Of a stretch of DNA of 64,000 nucleotides, positions 10,847 through 20,367 are shown one piece after another (positions within the stretch are counted from its first letter, which is position 1; each line of letters begins with the position of its first letter). The stretch is from the UHGV virus genome UHGV-1376088. One strand, given 5' to 3'. The DNA is from a virus. The translations under genes and the position numbers were made by a program. A model generated the notes under the pieces. The model was given only the letters and a program-made list of their open reading frames with translations, did not search any database and was not told where the DNA came from.

Positions 10847-11122
10847 ATGAAATTAAAGGATATCAAAGTTGGTATGACTGTCGTTGACAAATATAGTAAT
10901 GAGTATATTGTCAAAGAAGTTGACAGAGACGATAGAATTATGCCGGTTATGTTGGAATGTGTAAAATTCGTGAAAAGTATTCCTATTCGAACGGTTGGTA
11001 ATGTAAATACTGGATGTAAAGGTGAAAGTTTTTACATATATAAATCCGGCAAAGTTGCTAGAAATGACGGTTACGATATTAAATGTATCACCGTGAAATC
11101 CCTTAAACTGAAAGGTAAATAA
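10847..11122 (+). CDS. small protein, member of 'MKLxDIKVG' paralog family
   Basis: MKLKDIKVGMTVVDKYSNEYIVKEV...CITVKSLKLKGK; paralogs at 58767 and 59042. Confidence 0.5.
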   Translation: MKLKDIKVGMTVVDKYSNEYIVKEVDRDDRIMPVMLECVKFVKSIPIRTVGNVNTGCKGESFYIYKSGKVARNDGYDIKCITVKSLKLKGK

Positions 11123-11123
11123 A

Positions 11124-11537
11124 ATGGAATTAAGTCGTAATAGCTTACTATATAAATTGATGTGCTTTTATTGCACCCCGGCAGGAGATATTTGTCGATT
11201 CACTCGGCAATTGATCCCTTTGCTTATTATGTTATTGGTTCTTTTATTGGGAACAGTAGGATTCGGCATTTCTCTTTATTTAGGACTGTATGATATACCT
11301 CTTGAAAAAATGCATGGAATTCGTTTCTTCTTTCCTTTCTTTTCAGCTATAAGTCTTTTCATCCTTGCTGTAGGTATTTCTACACTTGCCATAATGTTTA
11401 TTATAGACTGGGTATTTGAAAAATTAGATAAGAAAAAAGTTGAAAATCCTAAGCTATTTAAAGAAGTGGCAAAGCGCTTAAATCCTATTAAAGCAAAGGC
11501 TGAAAAGCTCTGCATTAAAATTACTTACAAAGATTAA
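11124..11537 (+). CDS. membrane protein
   Basis: Two hydrophobic helices; terminator hairpin downstream (11543-11568). Confidence 0.45.
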   Translation: MELSRNSLLYKLMCFYCTPAGDICRFTRQLIPLLIMLLVLLLGTVGFGISLYLGLYDIPLEKMHGIRFFFPFFSAISLFILAVGISTLAIMFIIDWVFEKLDKKKVENPKLFKEVAKRLNPIKAKAEKLCIKITYKD

Positions 11538-11542
11538 TCCAT

Positions 11543-11572
11543 GGACCGGCATAATTGTCGGTCCTTTTATGA
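11543..11572 (+). terminator. rho-independent terminator
   Basis: ggaccg-gcataattgt-cggtcc hairpin plus ttttat. Confidence 0.6.
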
Positions 11573-11584
11573 TAAGGAAGAAAT

Positions 11585-12046
11585 ATGAAAAAGAATATTT
11601 TTTGGATTGAAAAGACAACATTCCCAAAATGCAAAGAAGAAGTATTTTTCTCAAAAGGCCTAAATATTATAACCGGAGATAACAACTCTGGCATTTACTC
11701 CCATGCTTCTCACCTTTCGGCTTTAGACACCAATGATCATATTGATATTTGGAGAGATTCATTTGCACATAGTCTGCATCCGACTCAATTAAAAATGGAG
11801 GCGGGCTTTATAATAGAAAATGTGGCCAGAGGTTTGCAAGCAATCGTATTTACAGACTCTCTATTTATGATGAGAGAGCTGTATCTTCTGGCACATGGAA
11901 ATAATTTCCCAATAAGATATATTAACCTTTATTTTGATAAAAACGAATTAAAGGTTGAGCAGGCCGATTCTATTGATGAGATTAACCATCTGTCTCTTCT
12001 TGACGAGAATCTTGATCAATCTGAAAGATATCTAAGAATTCCATAA
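11585..12046 (+). CDS. hypothetical protein (tandem paralog A)
   Basis: Shares 'IVFTDSLF..ELxLLA....YxNLYF' and more with the next ORF; SD 'aaggaag'. Confidence 0.5.
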   Translation: MKKNIFWIEKTTFPKCKEEVFFSKGLNIITGDNNSGIYSHASHLSALDTNDHIDIWRDSFAHSLHPTQLKMEAGFIIENVARGLQAIVFTDSLFMMRELYLLAHGNNFPIRYINLYFDKNELKVEQADSIDEINHLSLLDENLDQSERYLRIP

Positions 12047-12073
12047 TAATATAGTCAAAAATTAGAGGTAAAT

Positions 12074-12574
12074 ATGAACTATCTTGACTGTGAATATGCC
12101 AATGTTGCTGATAATGGAACTGGTGAAATAAAATTTCCACGCGACGATAAATTCAGAAAGCTGTCTTCGGCTATCAATATAGTCACAAGTGATTATATGT
12201 ATGATCTGGATAATGTTGCCGACTATCTTAGAAGATTGGATGAATTTCATATCACATATATATGGACTGACTCTAAGAACAGAATGCATCCTACAAATCT
12301 AAAAGACGAAGCCGAGCGTATAATCGCATTCGCAGAAAAAGAGTATCAATGGATTGTTTTTACTGATTCATTATTCTTTGTTAAAGAGCTTAGATTACTG
12401 GCTAAACAGAAAAAATTGGATGTGAAGTATTTTAATCTCTATTTTGAAAATGATTCATTATCTATAGAAGAGTCCGATGATATGTATTCTTTGAGAAACT
12501 TTAGTTTACTAAATGAATCTATTTCTCAATTTCAAAGGGAAATTGATTTAGTTGGCCCGTCTTTTATTGAATAA
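12074..12574 (+). CDS. hypothetical protein (tandem paralog B)
   Basis: Clear similarity to 11585..12046 across ~90 aa; SD 'agagg'. Confidence 0.5.
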   Translation: MNYLDCEYANVADNGTGEIKFPRDDKFRKLSSAINIVTSDYMYDLDNVADYLRRLDEFHITYIWTDSKNRMHPTNLKDEAERIIAFAEKEYQWIVFTDSLFFVKELRLLAKQKKLDVKYFNLYFENDSLSIEESDDMYSLRNFSLLNESISQFQREIDLVGPSFIE

Positions 12575-12589
12575 TTTCAAGGATTAAAA

Positions 12590-12814
12590 ATGACTCCAGA
12601 CACAATTGTATTAATTGGCAAAATCATTGCCGGTCTTGTTGCCGGCTTCATATTTGGCGGATATAAAAATAATTTGTATAAGGCTACATTATATAGCGCT
12701 GCGGCCTTTGTAATAATTACAGTCCTCTCAATTGAACTTGCAGATAGGCAAACGAAATATATTGAAAGCCAACAAGAGCAGTGTGTTAAGGTCTTAGAAA
12801 AGGTTGCAAAATGA
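12590..12814 (+). CDS. small membrane protein
   Basis: Hydrophobic helices; ATGA overlap with the next gene. Confidence 0.4.
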   Translation: MTPDTIVLIGKIIAGLVAGFIFGGYKNNLYKATLYSAAAFVIITVLSIELADRQTKYIESQQEQCVKVLEKVAK

Positions 12815-13239
12815 ACGAAACACAAATACTTGAAAATATTGCAAAATATATTGATAGCAATCCGAAATCCGATTTAAAGGATAAAATTGATGAACTCTTT
12901 AAACTAAATAGATCCATCAGTTCTTCAGAGGCTATTGATATTATAAATAATATCAGGCAAACATTAGGATTGGTTTCTGTACCATTGCCGTTTAGCGTCC
13001 TTTATAAATCATTTACAGAAGACTTTAACAATGCAATAAAAATTAAAATTGCAGATGTTTTTATCAAGACTCCAATTCTTTACGAAATAAATTTAATTAG
13101 ATCTTTGAATGAAGTTCTTGATAAAATTGGCTTCGAAAAATACTATATTATCAAAAAGTTTTTAGGGTCACAAGGCTTTGAGCTTATTGACATAAAAGCT
13201 GTCATCAATAACGCCAATAATAAACTCAAAAGATCTTGA
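12811..13239 (+). CDS. hypothetical protein
   Basis: ORF coupled to neighbouring genes. Confidence 0.45.
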   Translation: MNETQILENIAKYIDSNPKSDLKDKIDELFKLNRSISSSEAIDIINNIRQTLGLVSVPLPFSVLYKSFTEDFNNAIKIKIADVFIKTPILYEINLIRSLNEVLDKIGFEKYYIIKKFLGSQGFELIDIKAVINNANNKLKRS

Positions 13240-13248
13240 GGTATAAAT

Positions 13249-14913
13249 ATGTATATAGTAACAACAGCATTGCCGTATGCAAATGGAGATATCCATTTAG
13301 GTCATATATTAGAGCATATTCAAGCCGATATTTATGTTAGAAGACTTCGTCAATCTTACAATGATGTATATTTTATAGGGGCAGATGACTCCCACGGTAC
13401 TGCTATTGTTTTAGCGGCCGAAAGGGAAGGTATATCCCCAGAAGAACTGATTGAACGTTCGAGAAAAAGACATCATGAAGATATAGCTGGATTCGGCGTA
13501 GAATATGACAATTATTATACTACTCACTCTAAAGAAAATTTTGAACTTGTTAAAAATGCGTATTCTGATCTTGTTTCAAAAGGCCTGATTCGCAGAAAAA
13601 CAATTCAACAATTGTATGATCCGGAAAAAGAAATGTTTCTTCCTGATCGTTTTGTAAAAGGCGAATGTCCTGAATGCCATGCTCAAGAACAATATGGTGA
13701 CAACTGTGACTCTTGCGGTGCCGTTTATGAAGCATATAATCTGATCAATCCGAAATCGACATTAACTGGCGCCACTCCCGTATTGAAAGAGACGGAGCAT
13801 TTGTTCTTGAAAACAAGAATGAAATATAAACTGCTAAGAGAATGGGCTAAGCCTGGCTTTGAAATAAGAATGAATAGAAGTGCCAAATCCAGAATCGAAA
13901 ACTGGATTGGAGAGAATGGTGAAAACCTAAAAGAATGGTGTATCTCTAGGGATGCCCCATACTTCGGATTTAAGATTCCAAATGAAGAAAACAAATATTT
14001 TTACGTTTGGATGGATGCTCCATTTGGTTACATCGCTTCTTACCAAAACTTCCGCAATGCCGAGTTAGAAAAAGGCAACTCTCACCACAAACATGAAAAG
14101 TGTGCAAATCTTGTCCACTTTGTAGGAAAAGATATTTTACGGTTTCATACCATATTTTGGCCAATTGTTTTAGATGCTACGAATTTGAATCTGCCTTATA
14201 AAATATTTAGCCATGGTTTTGTTACTGTAAATGGCGAAAAAATGTCCAAATCGAAAGGGACATTTATTACTGCTAGAAAATTTTTGGATTCAGGAATCGA
14301 TCCGGAGCTTTTACGTTATTACTTTGCATCTAAACTTGGAAATAACGAAAAAGATGTTAACTTCGATATCGAAGACTTTGTAAGAACCATTAATGATGAT
14401 TTGATAGGAAAGCTGATAAATATTCCATCTCGCTTGGGCGCTATAATTAATAAGGCTTATGGCGGAAGAATTATAAGACCAGCCTGTTATGAAAATGATG
14501 AAAATGGTTCATATGCAATGTCGTCTTTGTCCGTTATACCTTATTTGGAGATATCAATTAATGGCGGTGATTATGCTACCGCAATCTCCCATGCATTAAA
14601 TATTGCAGCTAGAATTAATAATAGGATAGAATCTCTAAAAATATGGGAAGCAATGGATAAAAATTGTGATGACTTTAGGAAGTCTACTCTTCATGAGCAC
14701 TGCTCTGAAATGCTGATTCTGATACTTTTTGTATTTCAAGCATTAAGTCCAATTATGCCAAAGCTTTACGACAAATTTTTGCAATTTATGAACATTCTGG
14801 ATCCAAAGCTTCCATATGATCAAATCTCCGAAGATGGACACTATATCAATGAATATGAGCATTTACATAAACGGCTTGTATTGTTGGAAGTAAAATCTAA
14901 ACTTCTGGATTAA
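13249..14913 (+). CDS. metG: methionyl-tRNA synthetase (class I aaRS)
   Basis: 'ALPYANGDIHLGH' HIGH motif; zinc knuckle 'CPECHAQEQYGDNCDSCGAVY' (compare E. coli MetRS CPKC...C..CG); 'KMSKSKGT' KMSKS motif; 554 aa. Confidence 0.85.
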   Translation: MYIVTTALPYANGDIHLGHILEHIQADIYVRRLRQSYNDVYFIGADDSHGTAIVLAAEREGISPEELIERSRKRHHEDIAGFGVEYDNYYTTHSKENFELVKNAYSDLVSKGLIRRKTIQQLYDPEKEMFLPDRFVKGECPECHAQEQYGDNCDSCGAVYEAYNLINPKSTLTGATPVLKETEHLFLKTRMKYKLLREWAKPGFEIRMNRSAKSRIENWIGENGENLKEWCISRDAPYFGFKIPNEENKYFYVWMDAPFGYIASYQNFRNAELEKGNSHHKHEKCANLVHFVGKDILRFHTIFWPIVLDATNLNLPYKIFSHGFVTVNGEKMSKSKGTFITARKFLDSGIDPELLRYYFASKLGNNEKDVNFDIEDFVRTINDDLIGKLINIPSRLGAIINKAYGGRIIRPACYENDENGSYAMSSLSVIPYLEISINGGDYATAISHALNIAARINNRIESLKIWEAMDKNCDDFRKSTLHEHCSEMLILILFVFQALSPIMPKLYDKFLQFMNILDPKLPYDQISEDGHYINEYEHLHKRLVLLEVKSKLLD

Positions 14914-14948
14914 TATGAAAATCAATTCAATTTAAAAGGAAAAGCAAG

Positions 14949-16217
14949 ATGGAAAATATTTATCAAGTGGCAAATGGTGTCGTTAAGTTCGACAAGGATA
15001 TTGACCCTAATCTTTACAAAAAGAATTTGCCTGCCGGCTTTTATACAACGGCCTCATCCAGAGAGAGTGTATTCTTGAAGCAAACCGAACCTTTGACAAT
15101 TCCATCTAAGGTTTATGGCGATTCGACTGATCGTATGAATCGAATTGTTAAGTCTTTTGAAGCTTCCAATAAGAATCTTGGCGTGCTGCTTTATGGTGAA
15201 TCCGGTTCCGGTAAATCTCTATTGGCTAAACAAGTTTGCATTAAACTTTCAGAAGAATATCCGATTATTATTGTGTTGCCAGAGCATATCGATATCATTG
15301 AAAAATTCATTGAAAATATTGATGACCGATGTGTATTTTTCATTGATGAATTTGAAAAGATGTTTGAAAAGCCATCATATCAAAGCGGACTGTTGAGCGT
15401 TATTGATGGAACAAGTTCTAAAAAGAATTTATTCTTGTTCACAGCTAATGAAAAAGGCATGATTAATAAGTTCTTCTTTAATCGCCCGGGACGTATTCGT
15501 TATGCTTACGAATATGATACCTTGCCGGATTCTGTTGTTTTAGAAGTTCTGGAAGATATTCTGGATAATAAAGGTAAGGTAAAAGAAATTGCATCTATTA
15601 TCTCCTATCTGAAGGAACCATCATTCGATGTTGTTTGCAGTATTGCGCAAGAAGCAAATTTATATCCAGATTTTACTATTCAGCAGTTGATGGATGGATA
15701 TAACTCAGAGATCTACTCTGAAAGCTTAATGCATTCCGACTGTACATTATTTATAAATGGGCAAGATTTTTATTCGGCATTCAAAGAATTGTTCTCAAAA
15801 TACGGTTTAAATCTTCAAGATTGCAATCCGTCCTATATTGCCAGTGAATCTGCAATTGAATTGAAAGAACAATCTTTAAATCCGTACGAGCCAAAAACAT
15901 CACTGAATGTAATAGACTATTCTATGCGGGCATTTTGTGATGGTGCCAAACGGAGTTACATTATATGTATATACCTCGATATTTCGAAAATGGAATTAGA
16001 GGTTAAGGATAGAACCTCTATTATTAGCAATGTTCGAATTTCTGAAGAGGAAATCGGTAGCACTGCAGAAATGATCCTGCACTTAATGCAAACTCTGAAT
16101 AAAGAGGTTCCGGATTCTGTAAAAGAAGAAGTGTATAATATTCTCAGTTCAAATGATGTGAAATTGGTAAGTAAGCCTGCACAAAAGCTGAAGATTAATA
16201 CATTTGGCCGTTTTTAG
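14949..16217 (+). CDS. AAA-family ATPase
   Basis: Walker A 'GESGSGKSLLAK', Walker B 'VFFIDEFE', sensor 'NRPGRIRY'. Confidence 0.6.
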   Translation: MENIYQVANGVVKFDKDIDPNLYKKNLPAGFYTTASSRESVFLKQTEPLTIPSKVYGDSTDRMNRIVKSFEASNKNLGVLLYGESGSGKSLLAKQVCIKLSEEYPIIIVLPEHIDIIEKFIENIDDRCVFFIDEFEKMFEKPSYQSGLLSVIDGTSSKKNLFLFTANEKGMINKFFFNRPGRIRYAYEYDTLPDSVVLEVLEDILDNKGKVKEIASIISYLKEPSFDVVCSIAQEANLYPDFTIQQLMDGYNSEIYSESLMHSDCTLFINGQDFYSAFKELFSKYGLNLQDCNPSYIASESAIELKEQSLNPYEPKTSLNVIDYSMRAFCDGAKRSYIICIYLDISKMELEVKDRTSIISNVRISEEEIGSTAEMILHLMQTLNKEVPDSVKEEVYNILSSNDVKLVSKPAQKLKINTFGRF

Positions 16218-16228
16218 TTGAAATAATG

Positions 16229-16258
16229 AGCCCCGGGTTTATATCTCGGGGCTTATAA
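16229..16258 (+). terminator. rho-independent terminator
   Basis: gccccgg-gtttatatct-cggggc hairpin plus ttataat. Confidence 0.55.
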
Positions 16259-16273
16259 TATTGGAGGTAAAAA

Positions 16274-16582
16274 GTGAAAACAAGTGCATCTGGCGATAAA
16301 GATATTTTTCTTCTGGTCTTTTTCGCAGGCATTCTCTCTGCCTTTTTGCTTATTTGGCTTATCTCTACTTTAGATTCAAATGAACGCAAAAAGGATGAAG
16401 CTACAACAAACCAAACTATTGAAATAACGCAGTTGACAGATAAAGTTCAAAGATTTTCTGTTAATGGCTATAATATTAAAACCACGACTGTGTGTTTTGA
16501 GGGCAATCAAATGCTATTCGTCTTTTATCGGGGCGAACCTCAAATTGTAAATCTGAATAAAAATTGTGGAGAAATAAAATGA
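16274..16582 (+). CDS. small membrane protein (GTG start)
   Basis: SD 'ggaggt' 7 nt before GTG; one transmembrane helix. Confidence 0.4.
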   Translation: MKTSASGDKDIFLLVFFAGILSAFLLIWLISTLDSNERKKDEATTNQTIEITQLTDKVQRFSVNGYNIKTTTVCFEGNQMLFVFYRGEPQIVNLNKNCGEIK

Positions 16583-16782
16583 CACGTGAAGAATTTGAAA
16601 AGAAAATTGACGAGCTTGCCAAAACTGAAGAGCATGGCGAGTTTGCAAAAACAACCGGTCAAATCTATGGCTTGCTTTGTGATTACGTTTTATCTACATT
16701 CGAGGATGTAGAAGAAGGTTGGGATAAGATTGTAGCCTCTATGGTTAAAAAAGACGATCAGGTTAAGAAGGAAGAATCATGA
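16579..16782 (+). CDS. small hypothetical protein
   Basis: ATG with SD 'ggag'; overlaps the upstream stop. Confidence 0.4.
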   Translation: MTREEFEKKIDELAKTEEHGEFAKTTGQIYGLLCDYVLSTFEDVEEGWDKIVASMVKKDDQVKKEES

Positions 16783-17009
16783 ATAACAATCAGGACACCA
16801 GCCTTTATTCTTATCAAATGCTACTCTTAGCGGTGGAAAAGGTAGCCGGACATAAAGCTTTAGAGGAAATTGTAGATGTTATAAGGAAATATGATTCTGT
16901 TTCTTATTTGCATTTCTTACAGTCTCAAACAAAGGCAAAGAACGAAACCAGGCTCCCATATTGGGAAGTTGTAAATAATAATGGTGTGTATAACTTAACC
17001 AAATTGTAA
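16779..17009 (+). CDS. small hypothetical protein
   Basis: ATGA-coupled ORF. Confidence 0.4.
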   Translation: MNNNQDTSLYSYQMLLLAVEKVAGHKALEEIVDVIRKYDSVSYLHFLQSQTKAKNETRLPYWEVVNNNGVYNLTKL

Positions 17010-17028
17010 GAAATAAAAGGAGTTCATT

Positions 17029-17487
17029 ATGACTAAGCCAATTTACGTTTATACCGATGGTGCATGTAGTGGTAATCCAGGCCCGGGCGGCTGGGGCGTA
17101 TTGATGCAATACGAAGGCAAAGAAAAAGAATTGTATGGTAGTGAGAAAAATACTACCAATAACAGAATGGAACTCATGGCCGCAATTCAGGGTTTAAATG
17201 CGATTAAACCTAAACAGTCTGGCCTATGGGATGTGGTTCTTTGCACTGATTCAAAATATGTCCGCAATGGTATTTGTGAATGGATTAGTCGATGGAAAGA
17301 AAACGGCTGGAAAACAAGTACAAACAAGCCGGTTAAGAATGCCGATTTATGGATGGAATTACATGAAGCTGTCAAAAAACATGATGTTCGTTTCATCTGG
17401 GTTCTTGGTCATAATGGACATATTGAAAATGAACGTGCAGACAGATTGGCCTGCCGCGGAAGAGATGAAGCAAAAGTCTCTGATTAA
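17029..17487 (+). CDS. rnhA: ribonuclease HI
   Basis: '[17 protein letters not shown]', 'RMELMAAI', 'TDSKYV', '[14 protein letters not shown]' are canonical RNase H1 motifs; SD 'aaaggag'. Confidence 0.85.
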   Translation: MTKPIYVYTDGACSGNPGPGGWGVLMQYEGKEKELYGSEKNTTNNRMELMAAIQGLNAIKPKQSGLWDVVLCTDSKYVRNGICEWISRWKENGWKTSTNKPVKNADLWMELHEAVKKHDVRFIWVLGHNGHIENERADRLACRGRDEAKVSD

Positions 17488-17515
17488 TCAAACAATAAAA
17501 TGCAAAGGTTATAAA

Positions 17516-17704
17516 ATGGAACTAAAAGAAAATGGAGTTTACCGCCACTATAAAGGCGGAGAATACAAATTAATAACTATTGGTGAACTTGAACACGACT
17601 TATCTCAAGTCGTTGTCTATAAAAGCATCACTAATGATAGAGTTTTTGTAAGACCTTTAGAGGAATTTGAAGATAAATTCGAATTCCTATATATGGGAGG
17701 GTAG
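17516..17704 (+). CDS. DUF1653-like small protein
   Basis: 'YRHYKGGEYKLI...VVYKS...VFVRPLEEFEDKFEF' matches the DUF1653 pattern; SD 'aaagg'; 3' end overlaps the tRNA start. Confidence 0.4.
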   Translation: MELKENGVYRHYKGGEYKLITIGELEHDLSQVVVYKSITNDRVFVRPLEEFEDKFEFLYMGG

Positions 17705-17772
17705 CTCAGTGGTCCGAGAGCGGGCGACTCATAATCGCTTGGTCACGGGTTCGAATCCCGTCCTTCCCACCA
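17695..17772 (+). tRNA. tRNA-Met/Ile2 (anticodon CAU)
   Basis: Acceptor gggaggg/ccttccc; D-arm gctc-agtggtccga-gagc; anticodon loop cuCAUaa; T-loop ttcgaat; CCA encoded. Confidence 0.8.
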
Positions 17773-17791
17773 TCTATATCTAGGAAAGCAA

Positions 17792-17965
17792 ATGTTGAAC
17801 GATAGCGATTACATGGACAACAATGGCGGCTATTACGAACTTGTTTGCATTGCCAAAATGGAATCTGATTCATCTTTAATGGCAGTCTATATCAATAAGC
17901 AGACGTATGAATATTGCGTTTGCCCTGCTTCTGAATTTGAAGAGAAGTTTAAACCCGTCCCATGA
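17792..17965 (+). CDS. DUF1653-like small protein (paralog)
   Basis: 'GGYYELVCIAKMESDSSLMAVY...EFEEKFKP' resembles the 17516 ORF; SD 'aggaaa'; below the track size cut-off (57 aa). Confidence 0.35.
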   Translation: MLNDSDYMDNNGGYYELVCIAKMESDSSLMAVYINKQTYEYCVCPASEFEEKFKPVP

Positions 17966-18304
17966 AAATCTGGAAAATCAAAAAGATACAAATCAAAGAA
18001 ATCCTTGAAACAAAAGGATATTTCTTTTGTAATAAATATAAGCATTCACATGACAAAGCAAGAAGAATTATGCGCGAGCTGTGCAAAGAGGGTTTAGCAG
18101 AAAAGTGTGCTAGCCCTGCTGGACAAGTGGATGCTGTTTGTATTAGGGCCATAAAATGAGCACAACGACTATTTTACTACTTGTTCTTGCCAGTATCGTT
18201 GGCGGAATTATTATCGGGTTTATTGTTTTTGCTTTGTATTTTGCAAAAGGTTTCAAAATTAATTTCTAAACCTTATCTTAGAATTTTTGTCTAAAGGAAA
18301 CAAA

Positions 18305-19882
18305 ATGGCATCACCATTATTTAAAACTTCTCGTATCAATGTCTCTACGGGAGCATCTGTATCTGTACAGTCCAATAAGGTTAATACAACAAATGAATCC
18401 GGCGGCACTGCTTATGCTATGACACATCAGCATGCCCTTGCGCAATATGCTGTAACCGGTATGCTTGACGGCTATCTTCATGTTGATGGTCGAACTCAGC
18501 TGTCTCGTATTATTGAGCTGGCTGAAAAATGTAACAATAAGTATGTTGCGCAAGTTGCAATTTATGCCCACGAAAAAGGCTTCATGAAAGATACTTCTGC
18601 TTTGTTGCTGGGATATCTGATGAAAAAAGACCGCGATTTGTTTAACGCAATTTTTAAACGTATCATTACAAATGGCCGAATGTTAAGAACTTTCGTTCAA
18701 ATCATTCGTTCCGGTACTTTTGGCAATCGCAGTTTTGGTACAAATGCCAAACGCCAAATCCAAGATTGGCTAAATTCCGCAACAGACAAAACAATTATTA
18801 ATGCCTCCATTGGTAATGATCCGTCTCTGAAAGACATTATCAAAATGGTTCATCCAAAAGCACCAAATGAAAATCGTAACCAACTTTATCGTTGGGTTTG
18901 CGATATGGATTACCAGGAAGATAAACTTCCTGAACAGCTTCAACTGTATTTAAAATTGAAGCGTAATCCAGAAAAAGCAGAAGAACTGCCGGATTTGCCG
19001 TTCCAAATGTATACCTCTATGGGTTTAACAACAGAAGGTTGGAAACATATTGCTAATAATGCGACATGGAATCAGACCCGTATGAACTTGGCAACATTTG
19101 AGCGACATGGTGTATTTGGTGATAAAAGTTTTGCCGACAGAATTGCTGAGAAGCTTACATCTGAGCGTGATATCATTCGAAGTAAAGCTATGCCATTTGC
19201 CATTTTCTCTGCCTTTAAAAAGGCGGGCGATATTAGCTATAATATCCGCAAGGCTTTGAATAAAGCTGCAGAAATTTCTCTGCAAAATGTTCCGAAATTG
19301 GAAGGTAAAACAGTTGTTGCTGTTGACCGTTCTGGATCTATGTCCAGTCTGATTAATAGTCGCTCAACTGTTCGTGTAATGGATGTTGCAGCTGTTCTTG
19401 TTGCTGCTTTGAAAAACAAAAATCCAGATTTGGAAATTGTTTTATTCAATGACACAGCGTCCATTTATAAGCCAAAAGGCAAAACTCTTTTTGGTATCAG
19501 CGAAGAGCTTTCTCGTATGGCAAGCGGCGGAACAGATTGTGGTGCCGCAATGAAGTTTATCAAAAACCGGTACACAGATAAAGGCATGCCCGATAATATC
19601 ATCATGATTTCAGACAATGAATCATGGTTAGGTATGAGCAAGAATTTCTGGACATCCACAGGAACAGTTGAACAACTGAAATTAATTCGTCGTTCAAATC
19701 CTAATACCCGAATGATCAATATTGACGTAACTCCAGGTTCAAGTTCACAAACAGTTCCTGAAGAATACGTACTAAATATCGGCGGCTTTAATGACGCAGT
19801 ATTCCAAATCGCATCATTGTTCTTTAATTCTAAAGGCAATAAAGACTTTTGGATTTCTGAAATTAATAAAGTAGAAATTTAA
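18305..19882 (+). CDS. rsr: Ro60 ortholog (Rsr-like; TROVE domain + C-terminal vWA/MIDAS)
   Basis: ~525 aa; C-terminal vWA with MIDAS 'VVAVDRSGSMSS'; N-terminal helical TROVE-like region; SD 'aaggaa' before ATG (the track start 18287 is a TTG); followed by tRNA-like Y-RNA candidates. Confidence 0.65.
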   Translation: MASPLFKTSRINVSTGASVSVQSNKVNTTNESGGTAYAMTHQHALAQYAVTGMLDGYLHVDGRTQLSRIIELAEKCNNKYVAQVAIYAHEKGFMKDTSALLLGYLMKKDRDLFNAIFKRIITNGRMLRTFVQIIRSGTFGNRSFGTNAKRQIQDWLNSATDKTIINASIGNDPSLKDIIKMVHPKAPNENRNQLYRWVCDMDYQEDKLPEQLQLYLKLKRNPEKAEELPDLPFQMYTSMGLTTEGWKHIANNATWNQTRMNLATFERHGVFGDKSFADRIAEKLTSERDIIRSKAMPFAIFSAFKKAGDISYNIRKALNKAAEISLQNVPKLEGKTVVAVDRSGSMSSLINSRSTVRVMDVAAVLVAALKNKNPDLEIVLFNDTASIYKPKGKTLFGISEELSRMASGGTDCGAAMKFIKNRYTDKGMPDNIIMISDNESWLGMSKNFWTSTGTVEQLKLIRRSNPNTRMINIDVTPGSSSQTVPEEYVLNIGGFNDAVFQIASLFFNSKGNKDFWISEINKVEI

Positions 19883-19996
19883 TTTTAGATTTACAAAACA
19901 AAAATGTGTGGTTTAATCACTTCTACTGAGTAAGTAGAGTAATAGGTATCTCATTTCTTGTTTTCGGGGTACCTATTGCTATGTTTACTTTAGAGT

Positions 19997-20073
19997 CTAA
20001 GTGTAGCGCAGTCCGGTAGCGCATCTGCTTTGGGAGCAGAGGGTTGCAGGTTCGAATCCTGCCTCTTAGACCA
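19997..20073 (+). tRNA. tRNA-Pro (anticodon UGG)
   Basis: D-arm gcgc-agtccggta-gcgc; anticodon loop uuUGGga; T-loop ttcgaat; one U-U mismatch in the acceptor; CCA encoded. Confidence 0.7.
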
Positions 20074-20086
20074 CATTACAATTTTC

Positions 20087-20210
20087 GGGTGGTTAGTTTA
20101 ATGGGAAAACATTAAGTAATCTTTCTACTATTGTCTGAAAAGAATGCTTGAGAGATTTACATTTCACGGCTAATGAAAAGATACAGGTTCGAGTCCTGTA
20201 CCACCCTCCA
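20087..20210 (+). ncRNA. tRNA-like RNA (Y RNA / YrlA-like candidate) with ~47-nt insert in place of anticodon arm
   Basis: Perfect 7-bp acceptor gggtggt/accaccc; D-arm gttt-aatggga-aaac; canonical T-arm acagg-ttcgagt-cctgt; CCA; 124 nt total with no canonical anticodon stem-loop. Confidence 0.5.
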
Positions 20211-20215
20211 TATAT

Positions 20216-20357
20216 GGGCTGTTGGCGAAATTGGTAGACGCAAGGGTCATTTATAACCTATCAAACTTGTCCGATAGGAATGCCGATAGGTTTACATTTT
20301 TAAATTGAAAACTTAAGGACAACCCTCGATTTGCAGGTTCGACTCCTGCACAGCCCG
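20216..20357 (+). ncRNA. tRNA-like RNA (Y RNA / YrlA-like candidate) with ~65-nt insert in place of anticodon arm
   Basis: Perfect acceptor gggctgt/acagccc; class-II-type D-arm gcg-aaattggtaga-cgc; T-arm gcagg-ttcgact-cctgc; long-range helix agggt...accct enclosing ~72 nt with internal hairpins (cctatc/gatagg, ccgatagg repeated twice). Confidence 0.5.
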
Positions 20358-20367
20358 CCCTTTTAAT

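Noticed and set aside
14949-16217. AAA ATPase as clamp loader (gp44/RFC-like)
   Set aside because: It lacks the SRC motif and clamp-loader box organisation. The sensor 'NRPGRIRY' fits classical AAA proteins better, so it is left as a generic AAA ATPase.
20087-20357. Interpreting the two long tRNA-like genes as class II tRNAs with extra-long variable arms, or as group I intron-containing tRNAs
   Set aside because: Inserts of 47-65 nt are too long for variable arms and too short for group I introns. No canonical anticodon stem-loop can be drawn. Adjacency to a Ro60 gene makes Y-RNA/YrlA identity the better explanation.
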